Below, piece by piece: positions 18,012-27,733 of a DNA stretch of 39,202 bases; within the stretch, counting starts at the first letter, position 1; the number at the start of each line of letters is the position of its first letter. The position numbers and the translations under genes were made by a program. The stretch is from an uncultured Deinococcales bacterium (GTDB taxonomy: Bacteria; Deinococcota; Deinococci; Deinococcales; JAAFIG01). The stretch lies in contig CAXTKV010000019.1 of NCBI GenBank assembly GCA_964244895.1, positions 1-39,202 on the forward strand, in the 5' to 3' direction. Under the pieces are notes generated by a model. It did not search any database, was not told the DNA's origin, and worked only from the letters and a program-made list of their open reading frames with translations.

Positions 18012-19745
18012 TCACGGAGTGGTGAATGAGGTCGTGGATTGATAGTTGAAAGATTCCCCCGAGATTTCCTCCGCATAGTAGTGCGAGCTGGAGAAATCCC
18101 AATTGCGCTTCGCCATCCGGCCATCCAGCAGATCGTCGATGCTCGGTGAGCCGCGCAACCCGAAGGCATCGACCGACCATTTGTAGGTTGTGCCCGAGGC
18201 GAGCCGGGACGGCGTCGGCAGGTCAGGCAACTGAATCGAGGTGCCCGCCGTGTGTCCTGTCCAGATCGGATTGTAAGGATCCGTCGTGTAGATGTGAACC
18301 TGGTACAGGCTGGCTCCGGTGACCGGGGAATACGAGAATGTCGGAGTGAAGGGCACCGTTCCCGTGATCGTCCCCAGCGGACTGAGCGGGCCAGTCAGGT
18401 TAAACATGTTGATGTTGATGCTCGTGGATGAGGCCACCACATCCGACCAGAAGGAGCTGTCCTGAAGGGTGGCTGAAATCCACGAGGAGCCGTGGATGTG
18501 GATGCGGTAATCGAGGCCGGGCACGGAAGGCACGGTAAAGCTCGCGCTGCCGCCCGGATTGACCGTCTGGCGGGGGGCAAGAGGATAGTGCGTGGTCAGT
18601 CCACCCACGCGCAGGGCCGGGAAGTAATTCGCGCTCTGGACGCCTCCGGGGGCGTTGAGCGTCGTGTTCAAGGTGATTAGGTTGACGACATCGGACGCGA
18701 CGTTGGTGTTTGTGGTGTTACCGCTCTGCACGGTGACGTTTGCGATGACCTTGGCTCGGGTGTACGCGCCGCCATTGATCTGCTCGAGATACACCAGGGT
18801 TCCCGTGATCGGCGTCTGGCACAGACCCGTATCGAAGTAAACGGACATCGAATAAGTGGAATCTCCCGCAGCCGCAGATCCGTACGAATACCAGTATGCG
18901 GGAACCCCAAACACGAAACCCGTACCCAGCGCCGCGCCCTTACCAACAAACAAGAATGTTCCCGAGCTGCCCGCCGCGATTGGCGGCGAAATCGATCCCG
19001 TCAAGGTTGCGGCATTCAGCGTACACGGCGAGAACCACCCGAGGCCCGGCATGACGATCTGCGGATCGGCTCGCGTCACACCATCCCAGGTCACGGGTCG
19101 GTACGTGGTGTTGGCCGGAATGAGTGCCGAAACCGAATACGGCGGGAGCACGTTCGTCACCTGGAACCCACCATCGACTCCGGTCACGACCAGGCTTTTC
19201 GGACCAACGCCATCGACGATTTTCACGTTCACGCCCGAGAGGGCAGAACCATCGAATTTCAAGACCTTGCCACTGACGGTGATGGCGTTGGTCGGCGGCG
19301 GGTTGACGGTCAGGTTGAGCGCACCCGTGCGCGTCAGGCTGCCGCTGTTGCCGGTGACGGTGACGGTGCGTGGCCCTTGGGTCGCGGTAGTAACGGCTTT
19401 GAGGGTCAGGGTTCCGGCGTTGCCGGTGATCTTGATGGCGTCCGCGCTCACGCCGCCGGAGGTCGGAATGGTTACATCCACGGCGTCCGTGAAGCCGGTC
19501 GTGCGCGTGAGCTTGACCGTAACCGTCAGGCTCAAGCCTGCCTTGATGACCGCGTCCGGCGGGTCGAGCGCGATGGTGAAATCGCACGGTGTGTTGAGTC
19601 CGCCGCACGACCCGCTACCCCCACCACAGCTGACCGCGATGAGCGCCGGGATGAGCGCCGAGAGAACGAATTTCAGGGAACGCCAGACCGACGCCGTGAG
19701 GTCGGTCAGTCGGGTGGTGGAGCGAAAGGTGTTCTGATCTTTCAT
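18012..19745 (-). CDS. lipoprotein with Ig-like and carboxypeptidase-regulatory-like domains
   Basis: Signal peptide ending LIAVS-C followed by GGG; ITVSGKVLKFDGSALSGVNVKI (CarboxypepD_reg-like); Thr/Ser/Gly-rich beta content; GAGGAGG RBS. Confidence 0.75.
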   Translation of the reverse strand: MKDQNTFRSTTRLTDLTASVWRSLKFVLSALIPALIAVSCGGGSGSCGGLNTPCDFTIALDPPDAVIKAGLSLTVTVKLTRTTGFTDAVDVTIPTSGGVSADAIKITGNAGTLTLKAVTTATQGPRTVTVTGNSGSLTRTGALNLTVNPPPTNAITVSGKVLKFDGSALSGVNVKIVDGVGPKSLVVTGVDGGFQVTNVLPPYSVSALIPANTTYRPVTWDGVTRADPQIVMPGLGWFSPCTLNAATLTGSISPPIAAGSSGTFLFVGKGAALGTGFVFGVPAYWYSYGSAAAGDSTYSMSVYFDTGLCQTPITGTLVYLEQINGGAYTRAKVIANVTVQSGNTTNTNVASDVVNLITLNTTLNAPGGVQSANYFPALRVGGLTTHYPLAPRQTVNPGGSASFTVPSVPGLDYRIHIHGSSWISATLQDSSFWSDVVASSTSININMFNLTGPLSPLGTITGTVPFTPTFSYSPVTGASLYQVHIYTTDPYNPIWTGHTAGTSIQLPDLPTPSRLASGTTYKWSVDAFGLRGSPSIDDLLDGRMAKRNWDFSSSHYYAEEISGESFNYQSTTSFTTP

Positions 19746-19960
19746 GGTCGATGTGCCTCCTCGTTGCGATGGTGGGCCGCGCAGATTTGACTCATCCTAG
19801 CCCCAACTCGAATTCAGGCTACTGAAACGGGCCGTGTGTGCGTCCGAGACGCGTTGTCGCGAAGGCTCGAGCCTGAGCGCGCAAAGGCGAGTGCGTGGCT
19901 CGAGCCGAGCGCGCTGAGCGGTTCCCGGTCGCCTGTTCCAGATATCCCTGTCATGTGGAT

Positions 19961-20002
19961 CACCGTCCAGCACGCATATCCAAACTCGCGTGCTGGACGG
20001 TG
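19961..20002. repeat. REP-like palindrome, copy 1 (15-bp arms)
   Basis: caccgtccagcacgc (19961-19975), 12-nt loop, gcgtgctggacggtg (19988-20002). Intergenic, just downstream of the 20046 stop. Confidence 0.8.
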
Positions 20003-20045
20003 CGCTCTTCAATATACATTCGGGCGCGATGCCGCCAGATTCAAT

Positions 20046-21995
20046 TCAGGGGGTTGTGAAGGTTCGGCTGGTGGTGAAGCTGAGGCCGCCATCGCTCGCA
20101 GGGCCGGGTCCGGCCCCGAAGAGCGCGTAGAATAGCTGGATAAACTCTGCCACGTAGCCCGTCGATCCGGTGGCGGCATCGACGGAAGCGAACGGCTTGA
20201 AGGTTCGCACATTCCAGCTAAAACTGACCGCGCCGGAGGTTGGGAAGGCCATACCCTGCGCGCTCAGGTCGGGGATCTGGACGGTATCGGCGCTCGTCAC
20301 GATGGCGTAGCTGAGGGTTCCCCCGCTGATGAAGAACACTCGAACGGACCCGGATGGTACGGACGCCACCTGGAAGGTCTGGTTGATCGTCACGTTGGAG
20401 GCTCCGCTCGAGGGGCTCGAGAGCGTCGGCAAGGAATCGATGGGCAAGTTCACGCCGGTCGCGTTGGTGGCGAGGCCCGTCTTCCAGCCGTAAGTTCCCC
20501 CTCCGGGCGAGATGTCCGCACCCGCAGCGACGGTGATGGTCGCATCCGAGATGTTTGGCGTCTGGTAAGAGAACGAAGTGGTGTTCGTGTTGTCGGACAG
20601 GAGATCGATTCCGGCGTTCGGCGGCAGGCGCAGGAACACGTATTTTGTCAGCGTCACGCCGGAGACCGCCGGGACGCTCAGCGTGCCCGAGAGGGTGTTT
20701 TGTGTGGTGTTGCTCAGGGCGAGATTGATGGGACCGAAGGCTCCGCCGTCCGAGAGCGTCTGGTCGGCGGAGGCGAAGCCCTTGTAGCTGACCGGGAGGT
20801 TCGTCGAGGCGTCCCGCTGCCATTGGAGGGCGTACAGCTTGCCGCTCGTCGTGGTCGGACCGGCCCAATTGACAGTGAACGGCCCGTAGCTGGGGCCTGC
20901 CGGTCGGCTGACCGCGGTGAAGGCCGTGTCCGGAGACGCGAAGAAAACCGCCGTCGTGTGGTTGGCGGGGTTCGGGAAGCCCGCCCCGCCCGAGAGGTTT
21001 CCGCTGATCGTCGCGCTCCGGGGTACAGCGGGCGCTGGGAAGCCGCTCAGGAACAGTTGAAGGATCGGATCGGACCGGGTCAGGCCCTGGAAGACGTTGG
21101 CTTGCTTGTTCGATCCACTCGTCGTGACCACGGACGCGTTGTACGGCAGGGAGACGTTCGGCACGCTAAACGAACCGTCGCTCGAGGAGGTCGTGCTCAC
21201 GGTGCCAATGCGCACGGACGCGCCCGAGACGGCCTCGCCGGTCGTGGAGATCACCTTGCCGGCCACCGTGACCGTACCCGGATTGATGGTGATCGTGGCG
21301 GCGGCGCTTGCGCCGGTAACAGAGGCCGTGAGCGTCGCAGTCGCGGCACTGGTGGCGCTCGTGGGCGGCGTGTAGTTCGTGGATGCGCCGGTCGCGCTCG
21401 AGATCGAGCCCGGCCCGGAGAGCGCCCACGTCACGGGGCCAGCGCTGTTGGTGAGTGCGGCGGTGAAGGTGGTCGCTGGCGCGCCCGCGAAGGCCGCAAC
21501 CGTCAGGGTTTTGGGCGTGACAATCACGGTTGGCGTGGGGGTGATGGTCAGACCGAGCGTGGCTATTTTGTTCAGGCTGCCGCTCGCACCGGTGATCGTG
21601 ACGTTGCGCGTTCCGGGGCTGGCGCTCGCGCTGGCGCGCACGGTCAAGATGCCTTCACTGCTGCTGGCAGCGATGGAAAGCGCGTCCGCGCTCACGTCCG
21701 TGCCGGAGAGCGTCACAGCCACCGCTTCGTTGAAGCCGAGCGAGCGCGTGAGCTTGATCTTGACGCCCACGCTCGAGCCCGCGATTACCGTCGCGTTGGG
21801 CGGGTCGGGCGCGATGGTGAAATCGCAGGGGTTGTTGAGCCCGCCGCACGTCAGGCCTCCACCGCAGTTCCCGGCGACGAGCGCGGGGATGAGCGGCGCG
21901 AGGATCAGACCGCGCCGACGGCGCAGGAAGCTCCAGACGAGCGACACCACCGTGGGGCGCTCGGACGCGGGACGCGATCCGTTCTGATCCTTCAT
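20046..21995 (-). CDS. lipoprotein paralog with Ig-like and carboxypeptidase-regulatory-like domains
   Basis: ATG 21995 after GAGGAGG; MKDQN start and LIPALVAGN-C-GGGLTCGGLNNPCDFTIAPDPP shared with 18012-19745; VTVAGKVISTTGEAVSGASVRIG; both end FTTP. Confidence 0.75.
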   Translation of the reverse strand: MKDQNGSRPASERPTVVSLVWSFLRRRRGLILAPLIPALVAGNCGGGLTCGGLNNPCDFTIAPDPPNATVIAGSSVGVKIKLTRSLGFNEAVAVTLSGTDVSADALSIAASSSEGILTVRASASASPGTRNVTITGASGSLNKIATLGLTITPTPTVIVTPKTLTVAAFAGAPATTFTAALTNSAGPVTWALSGPGSISSATGASTNYTPPTSATSAATATLTASVTGASAAATITINPGTVTVAGKVISTTGEAVSGASVRIGTVSTTSSSDGSFSVPNVSLPYNASVVTTSGSNKQANVFQGLTRSDPILQLFLSGFPAPAVPRSATISGNLSGGAGFPNPANHTTAVFFASPDTAFTAVSRPAGPSYGPFTVNWAGPTTTSGKLYALQWQRDASTNLPVSYKGFASADQTLSDGGAFGPINLALSNTTQNTLSGTLSVPAVSGVTLTKYVFLRLPPNAGIDLLSDNTNTTSFSYQTPNISDATITVAAGADISPGGGTYGWKTGLATNATGVNLPIDSLPTLSSPSSGASNVTINQTFQVASVPSGSVRVFFISGGTLSYAIVTSADTVQIPDLSAQGMAFPTSGAVSFSWNVRTFKPFASVDAATGSTGYVAEFIQLFYALFGAGPGPASDGGLSFTTSRTFTTP

Positions 21996-22049
21996 GCCTG
22001 CCTCCTCGAGACATCCCCGCAGAGATGCCACTCGCGCTCGCGCCTGGCC

Positions 22050-22556
22050 TCAACCAGCGCTTTCGATCAGGCGGATGTTCAGCCCGAAACCGAAGTCGAA
22101 GTAAAAGTTTGCGCCTCCCCTGCCGAGGTCGAGCATGATCCCGCCGCCGAGGTCGCCAAAGACCGACAAGCTGGGCGTGATTTGGTACTCGAGCCCGCCC
22201 CGTCCCAGCGCACCGATAAAGAAGGCCGTGCCGACGCTCGCGTTGGAACCGAAGAGCACGAGCGCACCGAGGCCGGGGCCGACGTAACCGTAGAAGTTCC
22301 CTGCCTCGTCGAGCGGCAAGCGAAACATCAGGCTCGGTTGGAGTTGCAGGATCGTACCGACCCCGCTGAAGCTGACGGTGGCGATGAAACGCAGATCGGT
22401 GTATGGCCCCAAAAGATCGTTGGCGATAACCTGTCCGCCGCCGCCGAACGAAAAGGCATTGATTGCGATCCCGCCGAAGCGCACGCCGAACTGCGTGGCC
22501 CCCGCCGCGCTCGAGAGACTCAAGATGGTCAGGAACGCGAGAACCAGTTTCTTCAT
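22050..22556 (-). CDS. small outer-membrane beta-barrel protein
   Basis: Sec signal MKKLVLAFLTILSLSSAAGA; about 8 amphipathic Gly/aromatic strands (YGYVGPGLG, GGLEYQIT, SVFGDLGGG, FYFDFGFGLNIRL); GGGAGGG RBS. Confidence 0.75.
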   Translation of the reverse strand: MKKLVLAFLTILSLSSAAGATQFGVRFGGIAINAFSFGGGGQVIANDLLGPYTDLRFIATVSFSGVGTILQLQPSLMFRLPLDEAGNFYGYVGPGLGALVLFGSNASVGTAFFIGALGRGGLEYQITPSLSVFGDLGGGIMLDLGRGGANFYFDFGFGLNIRLIESAG

Positions 22557-22619
22557 GACACCCTCCCCTGTGGTGATAGGCGTGAGCGATTCGTATGTGA
22601 CGGCGTTTCTGCGGTTACT

Positions 22620-25529
22620 TTAGCAGTCCGACGAGAATTTCGCGCCGGGGTCGAGGAGTTGCGGAATAAAGGCTCCCTGAAAGATGTTCTTGCTCTTACA
22701 CGCGGAACCGATCACGCTTCCACCCTCGACGCGGATCGAATAGCGCCCACCGACAAAGGTGGTTTCTGTGATCGTGGCGTTCACCTGGTCTGCGAGAAGG
22801 ATGTGCGCGTTCACCCCACCCCAGTTGTTCTTGAACGTCGCCTTGGTGATGACCAGGATCGCGTTGTTCGCAGCCTTGATCGCGGCGGAGATGTTCCCCT
22901 CAAACATGCCGCCCGTAATCGTGAGCCTGGACTGACCGGATGCGAAGATGGCTGCGATGTTCGCGCCCTGCGAGTTGCCGATGACGGTGGGATTGACCAG
23001 CGTCAAACTCGCGTTGCCGCTGACCTCGATGGCGCGCTTGCTCGATTCGATGCGGGTGTTCCTGAGTTCCACGTTGCCCGCACTGATGCGCAACGCAACC
23101 TCGAACTTCGAGAGGGTGATGCCCTCGAAGGTGGCATCTCCGGCGAGGGTCAGACCCGCCCCGCCGCGCCCGTTGATGCTCACCCCCGCGCCTTCGGCGA
23201 CGATCTTCGCACCGGGAGGTACGTTCAGGCCGCCATCCGGCAGGCTGTACGCGCCGGGCAGCAGGGTTACGGTCGTGTTTTTCCCAGCGCGCTCGAAGGC
23301 GGCCTTGAGGGCGAGCGGCTGGCTCCTCGAGCCGGAACCTCCGCTCGAGTCGCTCGAGACGAAAATCGCACCGGGTGGGGCGGTGTCTACGGGAGGCGAT
23401 GAAGGTGGTGGTGGCGTCGCGGACGGTGACGGGGTCTTCGGCTTCTCGAGGCTGAAGATTTTCTGCGTGTTCGAGCCCGCCACGATCGTGATGGTGGCGC
23501 GCTCCGTTTCGAAACCCTCCGCGCTCACCTCGAGGGTGTACGTGCCCGGCGCTAGCTTCACGCCTGCGGTGCGCTCGGTGGGCGTCAGGGTGCGACTGTT
23601 GACGCTCACCGTCGCATTCGCGGGCTGGATCACGAGTGAGAGCGTTCCGACGCTCGGTCGGAGCGTGGCGGTGAAGGTGCTCGTGTTGTCGGCGGTCGCA
23701 GCCAGTTTCTGCTCGACTGGCTCGAAGCCCTCGAGTTCGATGGTCACGTTGTAGCTGCCGGGTTCGATCCCGCCGATGAACGGCGTCTTGCCGATGTTGC
23801 GTCCATTGATTTTGACGGTTGCACCGGAAGGTTGGCTGGTGATGTTCAGGTTCGCCTGCGCGCGTCGCAATGTGGCGCTCAGGCTCGAGGGCTGGCCCGG
23901 CGCGAGGTTCAGGGTGTTGCGGTATTCAATGTATCCGCTGGCGCTCACGACGATCTCGCGCGCGCCGGGTACGACGGGAATCTCGAGCTGGCCGTTTTTG
24001 ATCTGGCCGCGCGGTTGGCCGTCCACGCTTACAGTCGCGCCGTCCACGGCACTTTTGACCGTCAGGGTCACGGCTTTCGCCTGGAGCGCGAAGCTTTCTT
24101 GCTTGCGCCCGCCCGGTTCGAGCGTCACGGTGCGCGTCACGGGTTCGTATCCGGGCGCTTGCACCGTGACTGTCACTGAACCTGCGGCCAGGTTTGGGAT
24201 CTCGAGACCGTTCGCGTTGGTGGTGCCGCGCGCTTGATTGTTGACCACCACGCTCGCGCCGTTGACGTTTGCGAACACCAAGAGCGTCGCGGCGAGCGGC
24301 TTGAGTTGCGGGTTGAACACGAATTCCTGCCCAGCGCTCAGGGTCACGTCGCGCGTGAAGAGTTCGTAGCCCGGCGCGACGACCTCGAGCTTGATCGTGC
24401 TGGGCGCTTGCTCGAACACGGGCGCGGATTGCTCGCGTCCGTTCACGAGCACCCGAGCCCCCTGCGGGAGCGGTCCGACGCGGACGGTCGCGGTGGCTCG
24501 GGTCAACGCGACCGTCACGATCTTGGTTTCGCCGCCCTTGATGGCGATGTTGGGTTGCTCGTACTTCAGGTAGCCGGGCGCGCTCACCGCGACGTTCTGG
24601 GGGATCGCCTCGACCGGCACCGACAGGGGGTCGTCGCTCGAGACCTGCTGGCTCAGGGGTACGCCGTTCAGGGTGACGGTCGCGTCCTTGACGCCTGGGG
24701 TGATGATCTTCACCACGAGTGTCCCCTTGATGGCGGCAGGAACGCTGATCGGCCCACGATCCGTGGTGATATCGAACTGGATCAGGTCGTTGGGTTTGGG
24801 GACGTACCCGTCGCGTCCCTGGCTCTGCACGAGGATGATCGCGGTGTCCTGATCGATCACCTCGGTCACTTTGAAGTTGATCCCAGGTCGAAGAATCGTG
24901 CGGCCCCCCTGCGTGATCCGCTCGAGCACCTTTCCGGTGCTGTTGACCGCGACGTTCGAGGCGCTACCGAGGTCAATGTAGTACTGTCCCGACTGGCCTG
25001 CCGAGCCGATGATGCTGCCCCGCAAGGGATAAACGGCGGCGAGTTCGCTCACGAAGTAATTCGCGGCTTCCGGAAAATCGTCGCTGCCCTTGACGAAACG
25101 CTGCTTTTGGAATTCGACCTTGGTGGTTTCGACGTTGATGAGCTTGAACGTGATCTGAATCTCGTTTGCCAGCCTCGTGATCGAGCCGGTGGCGAGGAAG
25201 TTGATGTTTCTGGCCTTGAGTTTGAGCTGACCGTCCGCCGTCAGACCGAGCTGGCTGAAGTTGACTTCACCGAGGAGCTTGGCGGTCGAGGCGCGGTCGT
25301 AGACCTCGAAGCGCCCGGACTGAAGAATCGCCGTCTGGAGCGTCTCGGCGAAGCTCGAGCCGAAAACCTTGAAGCTCGCCAGCGTCGAGCCCACCACATC
25401 GAAGCTCGAGACGGCGATCTGAAGCTTCGTGATCTGCTTCTGCGACTGCTGGCCGAGGGCGGAAGAGGCCATCAGCGCCAGCCCGAGAATCGCAGCCCGC
25501 ATCGGGCTGTGGGTGCTCCAACCCTTCAT
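22620..25529 (-). CDS. secreted CsgG/FlgO-like + FlgT_C-like + multiple PEGA + right-handed beta-helix protein
   Basis: Signal peptide; IAVSSF...QSGRFEVYDR...LATGSI...KLINVET (CsgG-like); GSIIG...YYIDLGS (FlgT_C-like); repeated GA.V.VNG...V.APGY units and LNITSQPSGATVKINGRNIGKTP (PEGA); IFVS...GS..QPL...LLPGAY then beta-helix. ATG 25529 after GGAGG. Confidence 0.75.
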   Translation of the reverse strand: MKGWSTHSPMRAAILGLALMASSALGQQSQKQITKLQIAVSSFDVVGSTLASFKVFGSSFAETLQTAILQSGRFEVYDRASTAKLLGEVNFSQLGLTADGQLKLKARNINFLATGSITRLANEIQITFKLINVETTKVEFQKQRFVKGSDDFPEAANYFVSELAAVYPLRGSIIGSAGQSGQYYIDLGSASNVAVNSTGKVLERITQGGRTILRPGINFKVTEVIDQDTAIILVQSQGRDGYVPKPNDLIQFDITTDRGPISVPAAIKGTLVVKIITPGVKDATVTLNGVPLSQQVSSDDPLSVPVEAIPQNVAVSAPGYLKYEQPNIAIKGGETKIVTVALTRATATVRVGPLPQGARVLVNGREQSAPVFEQAPSTIKLEVVAPGYELFTRDVTLSAGQEFVFNPQLKPLAATLLVFANVNGASVVVNNQARGTTNANGLEIPNLAAGSVTVTVQAPGYEPVTRTVTLEPGGRKQESFALQAKAVTLTVKSAVDGATVSVDGQPRGQIKNGQLEIPVVPGAREIVVSASGYIEYRNTLNLAPGQPSSLSATLRRAQANLNITSQPSGATVKINGRNIGKTPFIGGIEPGSYNVTIELEGFEPVEQKLAATADNTSTFTATLRPSVGTLSLVIQPANATVSVNSRTLTPTERTAGVKLAPGTYTLEVSAEGFETERATITIVAGSNTQKIFSLEKPKTPSPSATPPPPSSPPVDTAPPGAIFVSSDSSGGSGSRSQPLALKAAFERAGKNTTVTLLPGAYSLPDGGLNVPPGAKIVAEGAGVSINGRGGAGLTLAGDATFEGITLSKFEVALRISAGNVELRNTRIESSKRAIEVSGNASLTLVNPTVIGNSQGANIAAIFASGQSRLTITGGMFEGNISAAIKAANNAILVITKATFKNNWGGVNAHILLADQVNATITETTFVGGRYSIRVEGGSVIGSACKSKNIFQGAFIPQLLDPGAKFSSDC

Positions 25530-25596
25530 GTGCGCGCCTCCGTCGTCATGCGTATGCTTGGATTGTACGTCCAGGTCGGTGTCATGGCGCACGAGG

Positions 25597-26832
25597 TCAT
25601 TTCACGCGCGCAGTGATCTCTCGCCCGCCGCCGGAGAGGTTGGTGATGACCAGCCCGAGCTTCTCGAGGAGGAGCGCCAGACTTTCGGGTTTGCCGCTAA
25701 ATTCAATCTCGATCAGGGTCAGGGTGGCGTTGTACTCGCGCGATTGCACGTTCTTGACGCTCGGCTGGGTGGCGAGCCTTTGCAGGAACGCGTTGAAATT
25801 CGAGAAGCTTTTGAAGCCCGAGACCTTCAGGCTGAAAACGGGTACGGCCTCGAGCGCGCTCTGAATCCAGCCGGTCAGTTGCGGCACGAGCGCCTCGGCG
25901 GCGGCGCCTCCACTCGTCTTGAGCGCGGCGGCAGCGGCGGCCTCGAGGGTCAGGTCGTTCTCGCCGTTGTCAAACTGATCCGTCCAGCCGACCTGCGCGG
26001 TCAGGGCGTCCACCAGGCGGAGTTCTATCACGCCCCGGCTGGCGACCCGCGCGGCCTGCGCGAGCGGACTGCCGGACTGGTCGGGAACCTTCGAGGCGCG
26101 GGCCGTGCCGAGGATCAAGAGATCCACCTGGAGGGTCGCAGCGACGCGTTTGAGAGCGGCGGGATTGTCCAGTGAGGCCATCAGCTGATCGCGTTTGACC
26201 TTCGCCTCGAGTTGCGCTTGATCCAGCACGCGGAAGCCGAGGTTGATGAGCGCCTTGGAAATCTCCGTGGAGGCGGATCTGGCGCTGACAGGCTTGCCAT
26301 CCACGGTTTCGTTAAGGAACACGCCCACCCGAGGATCGTTGAAATTGCGGATCACCTCGCGCAGTTTTGAGCGGAGTTTGTTGCTCGAGACGATCGCGCT
26401 CAGCTTGACGTAGTACTTGCCGTCCTGCTCGTGCTGCTCGACGATCCTGTCCACGCGGGCGAAGCCGCTGGATTTCTTGTAGATTTTATCCGAGATCAGC
26501 TCGAAGTTCTTGACGACAGTTTCATTCGTGAGAAACACGCCCACGCCGATTTCGACCGCGCGTTGTAAGGCATTGTCGATGGCGAGTTGGCGTGCGGTGA
26601 TGGCTCCCTGCCCCGGATTGGGCGCGGCCTCGCCTTCGACTTCGACGCTGCGTTCCTGCGCGAAAGCCAGACCCGTCCAGACGATGGCGAGCGCGACGAG
26701 CGCCCAAGCGCGCCGCGCCCGGAGGCGACGAGACGAGAAACACCGTGCAGGACGGTGTTTCTCTGCCTCGGAGGAGTTGTGCGCGCTTGGATCTTGTGCG
26801 ATCTGTCGGCTCACGGTGCGCCTTTCGAGCAT
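25597..26832 (-). CDS. FlgT N-terminal-domain-like secreted protein with CsgG-like middle domain
   Basis: Signal WALVALAIVWTGLAFA; VEVEGEA...ARQLAIDNALQRAVEIGVGV.L.NET.VKNFEL.SD.I...SSGF (FlgT_N-like); PRVGVFL...GFRVLD...DLLILGTA. Start uncertain. Confidence 0.7.
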   Translation of the reverse strand: MLERRTVSRQIAQDPSAHNSSEAEKHRPARCFSSRRLRARRAWALVALAIVWTGLAFAQERSVEVEGEAAPNPGQGAITARQLAIDNALQRAVEIGVGVFLTNETVVKNFELISDKIYKKSSGFARVDRIVEQHEQDGKYYVKLSAIVSSNKLRSKLREVIRNFNDPRVGVFLNETVDGKPVSARSASTEISKALINLGFRVLDQAQLEAKVKRDQLMASLDNPAALKRVAATLQVDLLILGTARASKVPDQSGSPLAQAARVASRGVIELRLVDALTAQVGWTDQFDNGENDLTLEAAAAAALKTSGGAAAEALVPQLTGWIQSALEAVPVFSLKVSGFKSFSNFNAFLQRLATQPSVKNVQSREYNATLTLIEIEFSGKPESLALLLEKLGLVITNLSGGGREITARVK

Positions 26833-26841
26833 GACCGATCC

Positions 26842-27717
26842 TTAAAAGACGAACGTGACCTTGAACGTCTCGAGAAATTTCCCGCTCTCATCGTACTTCT
26901 TGATGTTGGCCGCGTCAGCATCGCTCACCTCAACGTCACACTTCGAAGGCCCGCTGGCCTTGACGGCCTTGATGGTGAGCTGATCGGGCGCACCCCGGAA
27001 TTTCAGCACCTTTGCGTCCTCGAGCCGACGCACGAAGGCGGCCACGCCGGCCTTCTTGGCTTGCGGTTCGTCGGCGTACTCGGTCGCCCACTGCTCCTCG
27101 CCCGTGGTCGGCTTGATTTTCGGGACGAGGCACGGCACGTAGCCCTTGCCGCGCGCATCGACCACCAGCCCTCTGTACTTCGCCTCAGTCGAGGGTGGCG
27201 GGGTGGGATCGGTCGAGGACGGAGTCGGGTTCTTCGGTACGCTCGGGAAAGTCGCGGCAGCCACGGACCCGTCCTCGCCATAGAGCGGAACCTGGAACGA
27301 GACGCGCGCGATCAACGAACCATCCTGCTTCTTCTCGATCTTTTCGGAGTCCTTAACCGGGGCTGCGTTTTTCAACAGGCCCGAGATGCTCGCCTTGATC
27401 TCGTCCGATTGCAACTCGAAGTCCTTGACGCTGGTTTCCGAGGTGATCTGCACGCCCTGGAGAGCGCCCAGGAGCACGCGCTGCGCGTCCGCGCGGGCGG
27501 CAGCCAGGGCGCGCAATTCTGACTGCGCCTGCGTCAACCCGGCGGCAGCCGTTCCCTTGCCTTCCGCAACCAGCACCCCGTTGGTAAGGTCCATCTTGGC
27601 TCCGGCGGGCAGTCCCTGCGTGGTCGTGACCGGCGTGGGTTTCGACTCGGTCAGTCCGGTACCGGACAGTGCGAGTGCGCCCACGGTTAGGGCTGCGGCG
27701 AACGAGAATCGGTTCAT
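26842..27717 (-). CDS. LPP20/FlgP-like secreted protein
   Basis: ATG 27717 after AAGGAG; signal peptide; AEGKG...AQSELRALAAARADAQRVLL..LQGVQITSETSVKD...I.ASISGLLKNA; YRGLVVDARG. Confidence 0.7.
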   Translation of the reverse strand: MNRFSFAAALTVGALALSGTGLTESKPTPVTTTQGLPAGAKMDLTNGVLVAEGKGTAAAGLTQAQSELRALAAARADAQRVLLGALQGVQITSETSVKDFELQSDEIKASISGLLKNAAPVKDSEKIEKKQDGSLIARVSFQVPLYGEDGSVAAATFPSVPKNPTPSSTDPTPPPSTEAKYRGLVVDARGKGYVPCLVPKIKPTTGEEQWATEYADEPQAKKAGVAAFVRRLEDAKVLKFRGAPDQLTIKAVKASGPSKCDVEVSDADAANIKKYDESGKFLETFKVTFVF

Positions 27718-27733
27718 GTCGCTCCTTTCGTTT

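Noticed and set aside
19860..19920. Two GGCTCGAGCC(T)GAGCGCGC direct repeats
   Set aside because: Only two short copies, built on the ubiquitous CTCGAG; not a CRISPR array or an iteron set.
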